Shown: positions 10,344-20,986 of the stretch, piece after piece | Layout of the letters: the number at the start of each line of letters is the position of its first letter | How positions within the stretch are numbered: the stretch's first letter is position 1 | Assembly: GCA_965644495.1 (NCBI GenBank) | Contig: CBFFSA010000004.1 | Location: 868,001-932,000, forward strand | Length of the DNA stretch: 64,000 nucleotides | Direction of reading: 5' to 3' | Source: Perkinsela sp. CCAP 1560/9 | Taxonomy: Eukaryota; Protista; Euglenozoa: Kinetoplastea | Translations under genes and position numbers: made by a program | The notes under the pieces: model-generated | Told to the model about the DNA's origin: nothing | Database searches by the model: none | Seen by the model: only the letters and a program-made list of their open reading frames with translations

Positions 10344-11090
10344 ATGTCCGGTGCCCGTGAGATATGCCTACTGTTTGATGTTGATGGTACATTGACTATT
10401 CCTCGCGCCCCAGCTACACTGGAAATGAAAGGCTTGCTTCAGGCGCTGCGGAAGAAATATCTTATCGCTATTGTAGGAGGATCAGACCTAGCGAAGCAAC
10501 GCGAACAGCTCGGCACCGACGTCCTGGATCAGTTTGACTACGTATTTTCAGAAAACGGGCTGTATTCTTTTGATAGTGGGCAAGTCTTACACGAGCAGTC
10601 CCTAACAGCACACCTTGGAGAGGATAAGATGAAGAAAATTGTAAATGAGACACTGCGTGCCATTGCCGATTTGGATATACCGCAGAAGAGGGGAACATTT
10701 TTTGAGCTGCGTAAAGGTCTTATAAATGTGAGTCCCATCGGTCGGAATTGTACCCAGGCCGAACGCGAAGCGTTCGAATTGTATGACAAGACAAATAACG
10801 TTCGTAAACGTTTGATCGAGGTGTTACGCAATGCATACGGTGATGAATGTCACTTACAATTCAGCATAGGTGGTCAAATTTCGATTGATATCTTTCCCAA
10901 GGGTTGGGACAAGACGTACTGCTTGCCTTTTCTGACAGAAGATAAGAGAGTTTCCGCCATACATTTCTTTGGCGACAAAACTTATGTGGGTGGAAATGAT
11001 TATGAAATTTTTGTAGATCCTCGAGTGACAGGTTATCATGTCAATTCCGCTACAGACACGATTACAATTTTGCAAGATAGTTTTCTGTGA
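10344..11090 (+). CDS. PMM: Phosphomannomutase (HAD IIB)
   Basis: LFDVDGTLT, VGGSDL, FSENG, NVSPIGRNC, GGQISIDIFPKGWDKTYCL, FFGDKT..GGNDYEI. Confidence 0.97.
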   Translation: MSGAREICLLFDVDGTLTIPRAPATLEMKGLLQALRKKYLIAIVGGSDLAKQREQLGTDVLDQFDYVFSENGLYSFDSGQVLHEQSLTAHLGEDKMKKIVNETLRAIADLDIPQKRGTFFELRKGLINVSPIGRNCTQAEREAFELYDKTNNVRKRLIEVLRNAYGDECHLQFSIGGQISIDIFPKGWDKTYCLPFLTEDKRVSAIHFFGDKTYVGGNDYEIFVDPRVTGYHVNSATDTITILQDSFL

Positions 11091-11353
11091 GGTGATAACA
11101 CCTCATACGCCTTATTTGCACGTAACTGTGGAGTCGTATGCGTATGCCGCTATTGAAACAGAAAAAGCATGACTCATATTTTCTCATTACTCATATTTCT
11201 ACTCGAAGTACATGTATCTGTACATGTATGTCTGAAAAAAGGGCAAAAATTCCTTCAGAAATGGAAGAGCAACAACTTTAAATTCTGTTAGCTTCCTGCT
11301 GTATTATCAATAGAATTTTTGTCTTATTCGTTTTACATTCCCCACTTCCCATT

Positions 11354-14300
11354 ATGTCCGATAAAGAATCCACTTCCCCCACTTCCCGTGTTTCCTCCCC
11401 CACTTCCCGACGCCCCCTATCCTCACGACCGCCGCCCTCCTCCAACGAACCCCCGCGCAGATCCCACCCCTCCTCCCATCACCGTGGCCGTCCCGACCCC
11501 CTCTATGACCGTCCACTACGAAATCCTGAAATCCCTTCGACCACCACCACCACCACAACAACAACACCAACAACCACCGATGCTTATCCCCATCCCCGGG
11601 AGACGACTACCGGCAGCACCACCGTCCCCGAGAAAACCCCTCTCCCTGATGCCCGGAACCCCGGGAATCCGTTTCCACCACCATCCCGCGGACCCACCAG
11701 TTTTCGCCGAGCCACCAGTCGACCCGGTCGCTACTCCCCGTCCTACCGCTCCTATGGCTCCCCAACCCACAACAGCACCGGGATGTACAATACCCGTAAC
11801 ACCCCCCCATGGGAGCGCGCGACAGAGCCGGGGCTACCTTCCCAGGAAACCCCCGAGACCCGAGCGGGGGGACGCTACCCCCTACGTGGGGGACCTGGTC
11901 CCGGTCCACGGTACCCGCAGCCCTCCCATGAGCGACCCGGATACCCCGAGCGCCACAGCGCGTACTATGAGCGCGCCGGGACCCAAGCTACTCCCCAGGA
12001 GACCCGACCGACGCCCTACGCCTTCCGACAGGAAAGGAGTAGTGGCAGTAGTCACACCACCTCCCCGGTACGGCACAAAGAAGGGGGGTTTAAAAAAAGT
12101 GAGGGGGGTGGTAGTTCGGTACAGCGAGGGAGGGATCGGGGTACAGAGCCCCGAGCCGTGGAGCGGCAGGAATCCAACACGGGGGGAGCCCCGGAGAAAC
12201 ACCCGGCGGGGGGGCTGAAATGTCCAGCCACCCCACGACCCCCGTCGGTGCCGGAGGCGCCACTGCCGCGGGTCTCTCCCGGGCTGCTGCCGTCACCCCC
12301 GACGCTGAAGATTGAACCCGTGCATGGGCCGTCCAAGACAAAGACCGCGTGGACCCCACCGCTGTGGCAGAATGTGGAGACGTTTCTGCAGCAGCACCCC
12401 AGCAGCTTGCTCACCGGGGCCGTGATGGGTATCGATGTGCGGTACTGGCTGCGTCGGCTAGAGCCTACGCTGCCTCCGATGTTCTCGTTCCAGCGTGGGA
12501 TTCAGAAAGTACAGGACCCTCTGGTGGCGATTACGGGAGGCGTGCCCCTTACTCTGGAAAGTGTCCTTCGGGAGGAAATTGCAAAGTTTGACCGGCTTGG
12601 CATGCATATGCTGTTTGTGTTTGGCGGTATCACCTCCGAGGATGGGATCCGAGCGTGTGACCTTGCCATTGGACAACAAAGGAAAGTGTATCAAGACAAA
12701 ATTTGGGCGCGTGTGGCCAACGGAACCTATGCAGTCTCTGACAAGGTTAAGGTTGAAAGAGACGCTTGGGAAACCGGGGTGTTGGATACGATCGCGGTAC
12801 CTCAGCTTGAAAATGACGAGGTTTTATCGGAAGTACAGGGTATTCTATGGCGTGCGAGCCAGGAGCCGGGACGCACGAATCATATTCACGTGCTACATGC
12901 CCCCCAAGGCGCATCAAGTCAATTGGCCTTCTTTAAGGAACGTCAAGCCATTCAATGTGTGTACGGCCCGCCCATGCTTTTGTGGCTAAAAACACCGAAA
13001 ATTGAACGTGTTGTGCTTGAAATCGATGGCGACTCGTTCTACGGACTGGAGAATACGTCAGAGAAGCCGCTATCTGTTCCCGAACAGTTGGCAGGGTACT
13101 ATCCGTGGGAACATAGTGTGACGCCAAGCCATGAGGAACACTCTAGTGAATTCGTGCTGAATGCGGAAGGAATGCTAGAGAAGTTGAACCCCGCCGAGGA
13201 ATCTACCAAAGTATTCGCAGATGTTCAGGATGATCTTCTGTTGCATCACTCACTGGGGCTTCTGTCGACCGCGGAGTTTAAGTCATCTCTAAATCGTACT
13301 CTAGTGGACGTTCCTCCCGCTGTAGATTCACATGAGTGTCGGAACGCGCTGCGTGAGGTGCTCCGAGTTCGTGCCCATGTTGTCTCGCGCGTTCTCCCCA
13401 AGTTTGAAAGAGATCGACCCACCACAGGAAAAGGGGCTAAGCTCAAATGGTACCGATGGTTCCAATCCGACAAGGAACCCGAACTTATCTCCCGCCCTCC
13501 TTGTCCCGAATTAGGTGATTGGATCCTGGACAAGAGCTTGTTTTCTCCCCTCAAGTCCCCCGAGGAGTGTCCTCTCTCCACGCCCTCGATGGTCCAAGTC
13601 CTGCGCACCCCCCGCGAGCCCCGACCGCACGATTTCATGTACACCCAACCCGCCGAGATCTACGCCTCCCTCTGTCTCAAACTCTTCGACTTCCTGGGCT
13701 ACTTTGTCCACTCCACCCTCCCCGGGATCACCCGCTCCGCCCACCCCCACGAGCGCACCTCCTGCAACCTCTACGGTCGCATCCTGGCCTCCGTCCCCGG
13801 CCCCTTTGCCCCCTCCACGGTTCTATTCATCGAACTCGCCCGTTGTCGTGCCATGACCGCAGTCCCGCTCCAGCACCCCAATCTGCCACAAACGGAGGGC
13901 TCCCGCGAGGTGCTGACCCACCCCCCGTTTCGTACCGGCCAGGGCGCCGGGGAGTCCCCCGGGGGCACAGCCCCGCGGAGTACTCCCGGGGGAACCGCAG
14001 CCGAGCGCCTGGTCCAATCCGCGCTTCCCAAGACCACAGCCAGTTTTGCCGAGTTGGATATTCAAAACCGCAGCGCGTTGCTTCTCGCGCGGTTGTTTTC
14101 GCTTTCCCCGGTTCGTGTGTCGAAGGGGGGTAGGGGAACGACAACGATGACAACGACTGCTGCAACGAAAACGACCAAAGAGGGGGCCGGGGGCCGCCCG
14201 CAGGTGCTAAGTATGGACCTTGCTGCGTTCTGGTCCATGGCCCGTGCGGTTCGTGGGAGTCTGCGCTCGATTGTGGGGAGCGTGGCGGCCGCGGATCACT

Positions 14301-14719
14301 CGTTGCTGGATGTGGAGAACGAGCACCTCGGGGAGTTGCTGTGCCGGCTGCCGTTTCAGGATACCCCGCCCCCCGTGATGGGGGCGGTGCTGGAGTATGT
14401 CCTGGGGATGGGGAAGGAGTTCCGGGGGTACGGGCTGAGTCGATCGGAGGAGAGACTGGCGCATCTGGTGGAGAAATTCCCGTTTGTGGAGAATATGAAG
14501 GAGGCGTTGGAGGTGGGGTGTGCGTGGGTGCGACAGGCGGTGCATATGATTGAGATGCTGCAGGAGGCGCAACGGACGGAGCCCCCGACGGTGTCGGAGG
14601 CGTATCGTGCATTGTATGAGGTTTCACATAATGTCCTAAGTATACTCGATCATATTCAGACAAATTTAGGGTTAGAAAGACGCGCAGAATTGGAAAAGGT
14701 GTGGGAAGGAAACCCGTGA
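11354..14719 (+). CDS. MKT1: MKT1-family post-transcriptional regulator (MKT1/MKT1L-like) with a long low-complexity N-terminus
   Basis: PIN/XPG-like N domain MGIDVRYWL...DPLVAITGGVPLTL...MLFVFGG; about 330-aa Pro/Arg/Ser-rich extension. Confidence 0.75.
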   Translation: MSDKESTSPTSRVSSPTSRRPLSSRPPPSSNEPPRRSHPSSHHRGRPDPLYDRPLRNPEIPSTTTTTTTTTPTTTDAYPHPRETTTGSTTVPEKTPLPDARNPGNPFPPPSRGPTSFRRATSRPGRYSPSYRSYGSPTHNSTGMYNTRNTPPWERATEPGLPSQETPETRAGGRYPLRGGPGPGPRYPQPSHERPGYPERHSAYYERAGTQATPQETRPTPYAFRQERSSGSSHTTSPVRHKEGGFKKSEGGGSSVQRGRDRGTEPRAVERQESNTGGAPEKHPAGGLKCPATPRPPSVPEAPLPRVSPGLLPSPPTLKIEPVHGPSKTKTAWTPPLWQNVETFLQQHPSSLLTGAVMGIDVRYWLRRLEPTLPPMFSFQRGIQKVQDPLVAITGGVPLTLESVLREEIAKFDRLGMHMLFVFGGITSEDGIRACDLAIGQQRKVYQDKIWARVANGTYAVSDKVKVERDAWETGVLDTIAVPQLENDEVLSEVQGILWRASQEPGRTNHIHVLHAPQGASSQLAFFKERQAIQCVYGPPMLLWLKTPKIERVVLEIDGDSFYGLENTSEKPLSVPEQLAGYYPWEHSVTPSHEEHSSEFVLNAEGMLEKLNPAEESTKVFADVQDDLLLHHSLGLLSTAEFKSSLNRTLVDVPPAVDSHECRNALREVLRVRAHVVSRVLPKFERDRPTTGKGAKLKWYRWFQSDKEPELISRPPCPELGDWILDKSLFSPLKSPEECPLSTPSMVQVLRTPREPRPHDFMYTQPAEIYASLCLKLFDFLGYFVHSTLPGITRSAHPHERTSCNLYGRILASVPGPFAPSTVLFIELARCRAMTAVPLQHPNLPQTEGSREVLTHPPFRTGQGAGESPGGTAPRSTPGGTAAERLVQSALPKTTASFAELDIQNRSALLLARLFSLSPVRVSKGGRGTTTMTTTAATKTTKEGAGGRPQVLSMDLAAFWSMARAVRGSLRSIVGSVAAADHSLLDVENEHLGELLCRLPFQDTPPPVMGAVLEYVLGMGKEFRGYGLSRSEERLAHLVEKFPFVENMKEALEVGCAWVRQAVHMIEMLQEAQRTEPPTVSEAYRALYEVSHNVLSILDHIQTNLGLERRAELEKVWEGNP

Positions 14720-15222
14720 CGGTGAGAATGAAGAGTATGGAGCAGTCGTGTTTTCTTGCTCAAGTGTTAAAAAAAGAAGGTACGCCACTCGGTTATAAGA
14801 AGAACTACGGATTCGTATGGACTTCACTGTCAGAGGGTACATAATTAGTTGGTTTGAATAGTTCGTTTTTGGTTTGCTCTTTGATTTATGTTAAATTTAT
14901 GTTAAATTTGAAGCATCTAGCATTGCTAACGTTTTACCAAGCACTTTAATTTATAAAATTACACTACGAGCATTCTAGGGCTTTATTTGTGGTGTTTACA
15001 CAGAAAATAGTTGATTGATCTTTTTCATAAAACAAATAAGCAGGTACTTTTTTTGTGACAACAAACTTTGTAATCTACAATCCACGTGCTCAGCTTGCAT
15101 CATCGCATTGTTCAATCCTTCCAATCAATGATACGATTATTGAATTAAGATACGATCTTGATTTTCAGTGAGTTAGAATTTCATTAGAACTGATATTTTG
15201 GCTAACTGTAATCAATTAACTG

Positions 15223-15840
15223 ATGGACGAATCATGTAGACCGGCGCCTGATCCCGTTTGCACGACTAAAACACTTACAGTTGTCACTGGAAACGACCGA
15301 AAGCTTGAAGAGCTATCTAACATACTGACGCAATACGGCATCACAGTAAATGCCACCAAATTAGACCTTCCCGAGCTACAGGGCGAAGACCTCTCAGAGA
15401 TTGCAAGAGCAAAGGCGGTCGAGGCGTATCGCATTCTACAGACGCCTTGTATGGTGGAGGATGCTAGTCTGTGCTTTGACGCCCTTGGAGGTCTTCCCGG
15501 GCCCTACATCAAATGGTTCCTCCAAAAGCTGACCCCAAGAGATCTCGTTAAGATGGTAGACCCGTTTGACAAAAAAGGTGTCGCGGCCGTTTGTGTTTGC
15601 GCTCTGGCCTTGAGCAGCGATCCTATTGAATGTAAAATATTTCGTGGGGAGGTACGTGGGACTCTCGTACAACCTCGAGGATCTTCGGGTTTTGGTTTTG
15701 ATCCAATTTTTCAAGTTGATGAGCCCGGTTTTCCGCCTCTTACTTTTGCGGAGTTGGCGCAACAAGAAAAGAATACAATATCTCACCGTGGAAGGGCATT
15801 AAAAAAGCTGGAACAGTACCTTGCCTATCGAACGGCATAA
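15223..15840 (+). CDS. ITPA: Inosine triphosphate pyrophosphatase (HAM1)
   Basis: VTGNDRKL, DLPELQG, GGLPGPYIKWF, FGFDPIF, KNTISHRGRAL. Confidence 0.97.
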   Translation: MDESCRPAPDPVCTTKTLTVVTGNDRKLEELSNILTQYGITVNATKLDLPELQGEDLSEIARAKAVEAYRILQTPCMVEDASLCFDALGGLPGPYIKWFLQKLTPRDLVKMVDPFDKKGVAAVCVCALALSSDPIECKIFRGEVRGTLVQPRGSSGFGFDPIFQVDEPGFPPLTFAELAQQEKNTISHRGRALKKLEQYLAYRTA

Positions 15841-16370
15841 AACAACTACAGTTTTATAGCCTTACTGTCATTATCAGTATTAAACACTGCTCTTGGACTG
15901 TTGAAGCGCAACCAAGACATCACTTCAGAATGAGTGAAACACAACAGAGAACATTCAATGCCCTTGCATTTTAGCGTCAGTAAACCGCTCCATACTGCTT
16001 TTATGGCGGTTTTGTACACCATATACTGCGTGGGACCAAATCTTACATGGGGGTAATTTACCCCGGGTAAATACTCAGAAAGAACAATGTTGAAGTGCAC
16101 GCTTCGAGGCAATAAGGAAGATAGAAACATCGATGATTTTCTCATCCTTGTACAACTCCAACATCTATTCAATTTCCTTGCTATTAATGCGTTTTTGGAT
16201 ATGCATCTTATTAATGCGTTTTAGAGTGTAGTACTGTACGCTTTGTCCCTTACGACATCAAACTACACGAATTGAAGGCTTATTCTAGAGTTGAGTTTGG
16301 ACTTTGTGATGTTATTTTCTTCTGATCAACTTTTAGCACGACTACTTTCCTTTCCTCTTATTGACTTAGA

Positions 16371-17858
16371 ATGGGGGTGCAGCGTTTACTGACTTACATC
16401 CGTTCTGAATATTCCGAGTCATTTGCCACCGTAGAACAGTTCTTCCAAGGCGATCGAGAGGTTTTTAATTTTGATTGTCTACCACCTGCACACATACTGG
16501 TTGATGCAGACAATCTCCTTAGACGTTCGGGGAGAAAGGACAAGCTGCGTATGAAGCGAGAGGATCAAGCGATTTACGACAAAGGAATTATTCAGCTATT
16601 GCATAAGTTACGCTGTACACATAAACGAAACTTTGCGGATGCGACACACAATCTGGTTATTGTATGTGACAGTGATTCTACGGAGCGAAAAATTCGTAAA
16701 ATACTCTCAGGACCTTTACAAGCGGGACACTCATGCGCTGCTAATGAGAAAGGAGGGGAAAAGAAAACAGAATCTAGAAAATGCAACTCAGAGCCGAATG
16801 TAATATTCATAGGTCCAACAGGGGTTTCAGCAGATACAGCGTTACTCATTTTATGTCGCACATTTTTCATGCACGACCCTACAAGACCTATCGTTTTACT
16901 TTCTGAGGATAGCGATTTGTTACTCGGTTGCTTACTAGGACCATTTCCCAATTCTACCTTGCTCTTGTCGCCAAGCGCACCTCAGAAAAAGCTTGCAGAG
17001 AACGTTCGTTGCGACGTGGCACTAGACGTTTGCAACATGGCTCACCTTCAAGAATGTATCGGAGGACCGCATGCATGCATGGATTTTACATTTCTAACAG
17101 TTCTTCTGTTTGGTAAACACCTCACAAAAAACAGCTCTCGCTCGGTTTCGAAAACTACCGGAAAGGTTGGTCTTCTAACTCATCACAAAGACGATATTAC
17201 CGTTTACTGGGACTTGACAAGACTTTGGACTTCACTTAAAAAACGATCCGGTTATAACGATCAGAGCACAGATATGCTCCTACGAAGGGGAAGCACTTAC
17301 GGAATTTATTCGGAAAAGTTAATCACGTTGCTTCATCGATTGGGTTCTTCTATTGTCGATGGACAAGAGGACGTTGAGGTCGCGCGTTCATACCTTCACT
17401 ACGTAGTGCACATGGTACACTATTATACCACGGGCTCCCTAGTGCCGTCGACTAGCGCGGTGCGCGGGGTTCCCTCGTTAAACGCACTTGTTTCAGTTTT
17501 ATCTGAAAGACAAGACACCCCGTTTTACGAGGTAGAAATTTCTTTGGTATGGCCTAAAGTAACGCCAAAGTTAGCACTGCACTTGGAACGTTGCTTGCAA
17601 GGCCAAAAGACATTTGTGAAACCGAAAACGCTCGATGCACTTCATAATTTATGGTTGTCCTACGCAGAGGGTATAGATCCCCATACTGGTCACGCTCTTC
17701 CTAACATCTACGACGATTGGGTATCGGCCCAGGAGCTCGTCGTGCGTAAACGCGCTCGTTTAGAACGCGGAACGCCTGCGAGCCGTGAGCTTGTGAGTCA
17801 TGCGAACGCAAAGAGTGTGGAAGATGCTGTTCTACGCGCCTGTGGATTCGGCAAATAA
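16371..17858 (+). CDS. Divergent XRN-family 5'-3' exoribonuclease-like protein
   Basis: MGVQRL start, ILVDADNLL, SEDSDLLL, DFTFLTVLLFG and YLHYVVHMVHYYTTG occur in XRN motif order. Confidence 0.6.
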   Translation: MGVQRLLTYIRSEYSESFATVEQFFQGDREVFNFDCLPPAHILVDADNLLRRSGRKDKLRMKREDQAIYDKGIIQLLHKLRCTHKRNFADATHNLVIVCDSDSTERKIRKILSGPLQAGHSCAANEKGGEKKTESRKCNSEPNVIFIGPTGVSADTALLILCRTFFMHDPTRPIVLLSEDSDLLLGCLLGPFPNSTLLLSPSAPQKKLAENVRCDVALDVCNMAHLQECIGGPHACMDFTFLTVLLFGKHLTKNSSRSVSKTTGKVGLLTHHKDDITVYWDLTRLWTSLKKRSGYNDQSTDMLLRRGSTYGIYSEKLITLLHRLGSSIVDGQEDVEVARSYLHYVVHMVHYYTTGSLVPSTSAVRGVPSLNALVSVLSERQDTPFYEVEISLVWPKVTPKLALHLERCLQGQKTFVKPKTLDALHNLWLSYAEGIDPHTGHALPNIYDDWVSAQELVVRKRARLERGTPASRELVSHANAKSVEDAVLRACGFGK

Positions 17859-18599
17859 GGTCTACCAATGCGTTCAACAATTTTGTAACTACATTTAATT
17901 ACCATTAATTCTTGTTCAGTACTACATACTGGGGAGTATGTTATACTGTAGCACCGTTTACAGAATACAGGACCGTGTACTGGATAATGAGACGTTTCCT
18001 TCAGGAAATAAAACGTTCGATTATTTTGCGTCGCCTTTTTCCGATATACCGTAGACCCACCAGTAATAGACCCCCCCGTAACAAGGATTTGACTCGGGAG
18101 GGTGGCTCAAGGGGGGACGGGGATTACACGGTGAGGGTGGTTGCGCGGGAGCGAGTGTTCTTCTTTTACCCTAAATGGGTTGCCCTGATGATATAATTCA
18201 TGCACTGATAAGTCGTCCTATACTTTGCTTTGTATGGCAACGGAAGACAGCATCATATTCCGGATACAAAAATATGCTCTTATGTATGAAGCCGTTACTT
18301 GTTCGAAAGGTCGTGAGCCACGGGTACGTACTCTTAAGAAAGAGTATCGGTTATGCTCCGATTAAAAGTACCGCGGTAAAACTTATTTTTTGGAACCTCT
18401 TCTGATGACCGCACATGGCCTCCCCGCAAACCAGTTTTTTAAAGTCCTATACGGTATCAATTCTGTAGCCGGCTACAGATCTCAATGGAGAACGGACTTG
18501 GGGCAAAAGCGATCACTCGGCTGACAAACATCCCTTTGAGTCGTGCTCTCGAACAATGAAAATCGAAAAATGAAAAAATGAAATACGAAACTTTTCCAA

Positions 18600-18679
18600 C
18601 TTCCTTCCAAAAAATTTGAAAAAAATCCGTATTAAAGGGGGGATCAGGGGGGTCCGTATTAAATGGGGGGTCACAGTAT
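18600..18679. mobile_element. Isolated transposon terminus related to the TACTGTCACCCC family
   Basis: CCGTATTAAA subrepeat twice, ending GGGGGGTCACAGTA, similar to 47961-47980. Confidence 0.45.
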
Positions 18680-18763
18680 CCTAAAACCTAGAACATGTCT
18701 ATCAACTTTACCCACCTCTACCCCTTACAAAACCTTATTCCCCCTACACTCGACATTTCCTCC

Positions 18764-19772
18764 ATGACCCCCACCCCCACCCCCATCGACCACATCGAAA
18801 AAGACGGCATCACCTACAAACTCCTCCGCAAACCCGACTTTCGCAAACTCCGCAACCTTACCCTCGACAACACCGCCTGGAGCGAAAAACACCGCACCGA
18901 GCGTCTCGTGGTATGGATCCGGGAACCCCACAAAGGGGGTTCCTCGTTGACGACCTCTTCTTCCTCCTCCTCTTCCATGGTTTCTACGTCCTCCGGTGCT
19001 CCGTCTTCTACTTCTACGTCTTCCCGTACCTCTTCATCTTCTGTTTCATCTTCTGTTTCATCTTCATCTTCCAGTTCGCTTAAGATGGTCAAGGTCCGCG
19101 CCGCCTTCCCCTCCTTCCCCCCCTCCACGCTGTACGACGCGCTCCACGACCACGCCTACCGCCCCACGTGGGACACGCACATGGTGTCGGGGTACAATAT
19201 CTGCGGGCTGGACCCGCACAACGACGTGGGGTACTACGCCGTGCGCTTCCCCTTCCCCCTCTCCCCGCGCGACTTTGTGAACCAGAGNNNNNNNNNNNNN
19301 NNNNNNNNNNNNNNNNNNNNNNNNNNNNNNNNNNNNNNNNNNNNNNNNNNNNNNNNNNNNNNNNNNNNNNNNNNNNNNNNNNNNNNNNNNNNNNNNNNNN
19401 NNNNNNNNNNNNNNNNNNNNNNNNNNNNNNNNNNNNNNNNNNNNNNNNNNNNNNNNNNNNNNNNNNNNNNNNNNNNNNNNNNNNNNNCCAGGGTGGGCGG
19501 TGACGCTGGCGACGACGACCGGGGCGTCGGCGATTGTGAGCAAGATGGAAAAGGCGGTGGAGAGGTACCCGGAGTGGGTACGAAAGAGGTATGGGGGAAA
19601 AGAGGGGGGTGGGGGTGAGGAGTATGTCAGGTACTGGGCGACGGAGCCGGAGGTGTGGAGTGAGAGGAGGAGGAGGAGGAGGAGGAGGAGGAGGGGGAGG
19701 TGGGAAAGGAGGGAGAGAGAGAAATTGAAGATCGCCCAGGGGTGGAAAAGAAGGTACAGTAAAATAGGGTAG
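18764..19772 (+). CDS. START-domain lipid-transfer protein (PCTP/STARD10-like), interrupted by an assembly gap
   Basis: LYDALHDHAYRPTWD..NDVGYYAVRFPFPLSPRDFVNQ before the gap; helix IVSKMEKAVERYPEW after it. Confidence 0.85.
19288..19487. other. Assembly gap (200 N)
   Basis: Run of N. Confidence 1.
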
Positions 19773-20054
19773 AGGAAGGTGATGGAAGGGGTGGGGTGGA
19801 GGAGAAGGAGCGAGAGAGTCACTCGCACTCTTTCCGACAGTAATTTATTAGAAATTACGCGGGAAGGAATTCACCTTGTTACGTGAATAATGTAGCAAAA
19901 ATAGTACACGTATAGCTGTACATAAAGGACTTCAGAACTTTTTTGGACGCTCGCATCGAATGTATTTCGAGAAGACTAAACTGTGATCTCATGCAATTAT
20001 TATTATTTTGAGTCTTCCCTTATTGTCACATAGAAAATATTCTGCTCCGAATAT

Positions 20055-20612
20055 ATGGAATCTGAAAAGGCTGACACCGAAACAGGGAACGACAGGCTGT
20101 CTCTCAGCTCCTTACATGGCAAAGTGCTTGAATTTCTTTCTTCTAGAGACGACACATCATCCTTAGCTGAAAAACTTCCCACCAAGATCTCTAAGATAGC
20201 GCGAAGCTACTTGAAGAATGAAGGTGCACTGCCGTGGCTTTATGAGCTCAATACTCTTTTGGAAACCGGTAACAATGAAAAAATGCCTCAAGGTGAGTTA
20301 ATCGCACAATGTGAGCGCGATCCAAGTCGACCACCCAAGAGCAAGAGTGTTGTGGTTAAATGTACAGGGAATTCGGAGGAAAATGAGCTTGTTGCAAGAA
20401 AGAATACGGCCCCTAGGAGCGTAGAAGAAACGGTCTCAGAAATTCCCAAATCGAGGCAAAGGCAATCTAGAGAACGTTCCTTGTCGTTATCCTCTATTGA
20501 CGAAGCGCATCAAATGGAATCCTTGAAAAAATCGCACAGGAAAAAGCTGGTTAAAACCCAGGAAGCAGAATTTAGTGATCCATTCATAGATTCTAGTGAA
20601 AACGATGGATAG
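20055..20612 (+). CDS. Hypothetical protein
   Basis: 185-aa ATG-initiated ORF on the coding strand; charged and Ser-rich. Confidence 0.6.
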   Translation: MESEKADTETGNDRLSLSSLHGKVLEFLSSRDDTSSLAEKLPTKISKIARSYLKNEGALPWLYELNTLLETGNNEKMPQGELIAQCERDPSRPPKSKSVVVKCTGNSEENELVARKNTAPRSVEETVSEIPKSRQRQSRERSLSLSSIDEAHQMESLKKSHRKKLVKTQEAEFSDPFIDSSENDG

Positions 20613-20986
20613 GTGAACCGTCCCCGAAACATTACCTCAGAGCTAATAGTATAGTATTGTCACTATGTGCGCTAAAGTGCTGCGTTATATTTGGGCGATT
20701 AGGTTCGAAAGTAATTTAAATAATATTTTTCTTTAACATTTAAGTAATGGTCACGTGTAAAGAGTTCCGCAGTAGTGTATTTGTGTGTTCGACCTTTCAA
20801 TGTTTTTTTCGTTCAATGAAATATTTCTTGCCTTTTATGGTGTTTGGAGTGTCCAATGCGATGCTTTTGCGCAGCGTGTAATAAAGAATATCAAGTTCAT
20901 CACTTGTCCTCCGAATTATGCTCCACATGTTATACACATTTCATAATTGGTGTATTCGTATTGATCTGTTTTTATAACTTTGCAAC

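Noticed and set aside
11319-14663. Long alternative-frame and antisense ORFs in GC-rich genes (also near 8060, 27573, 33893, 53215)
   Set aside because: Expected from stop-codon scarcity in the GC-skew islands
15846-16172. Antisense 108-aa ORF
   Set aside because: Opposite to the polycistron and no motif recognised
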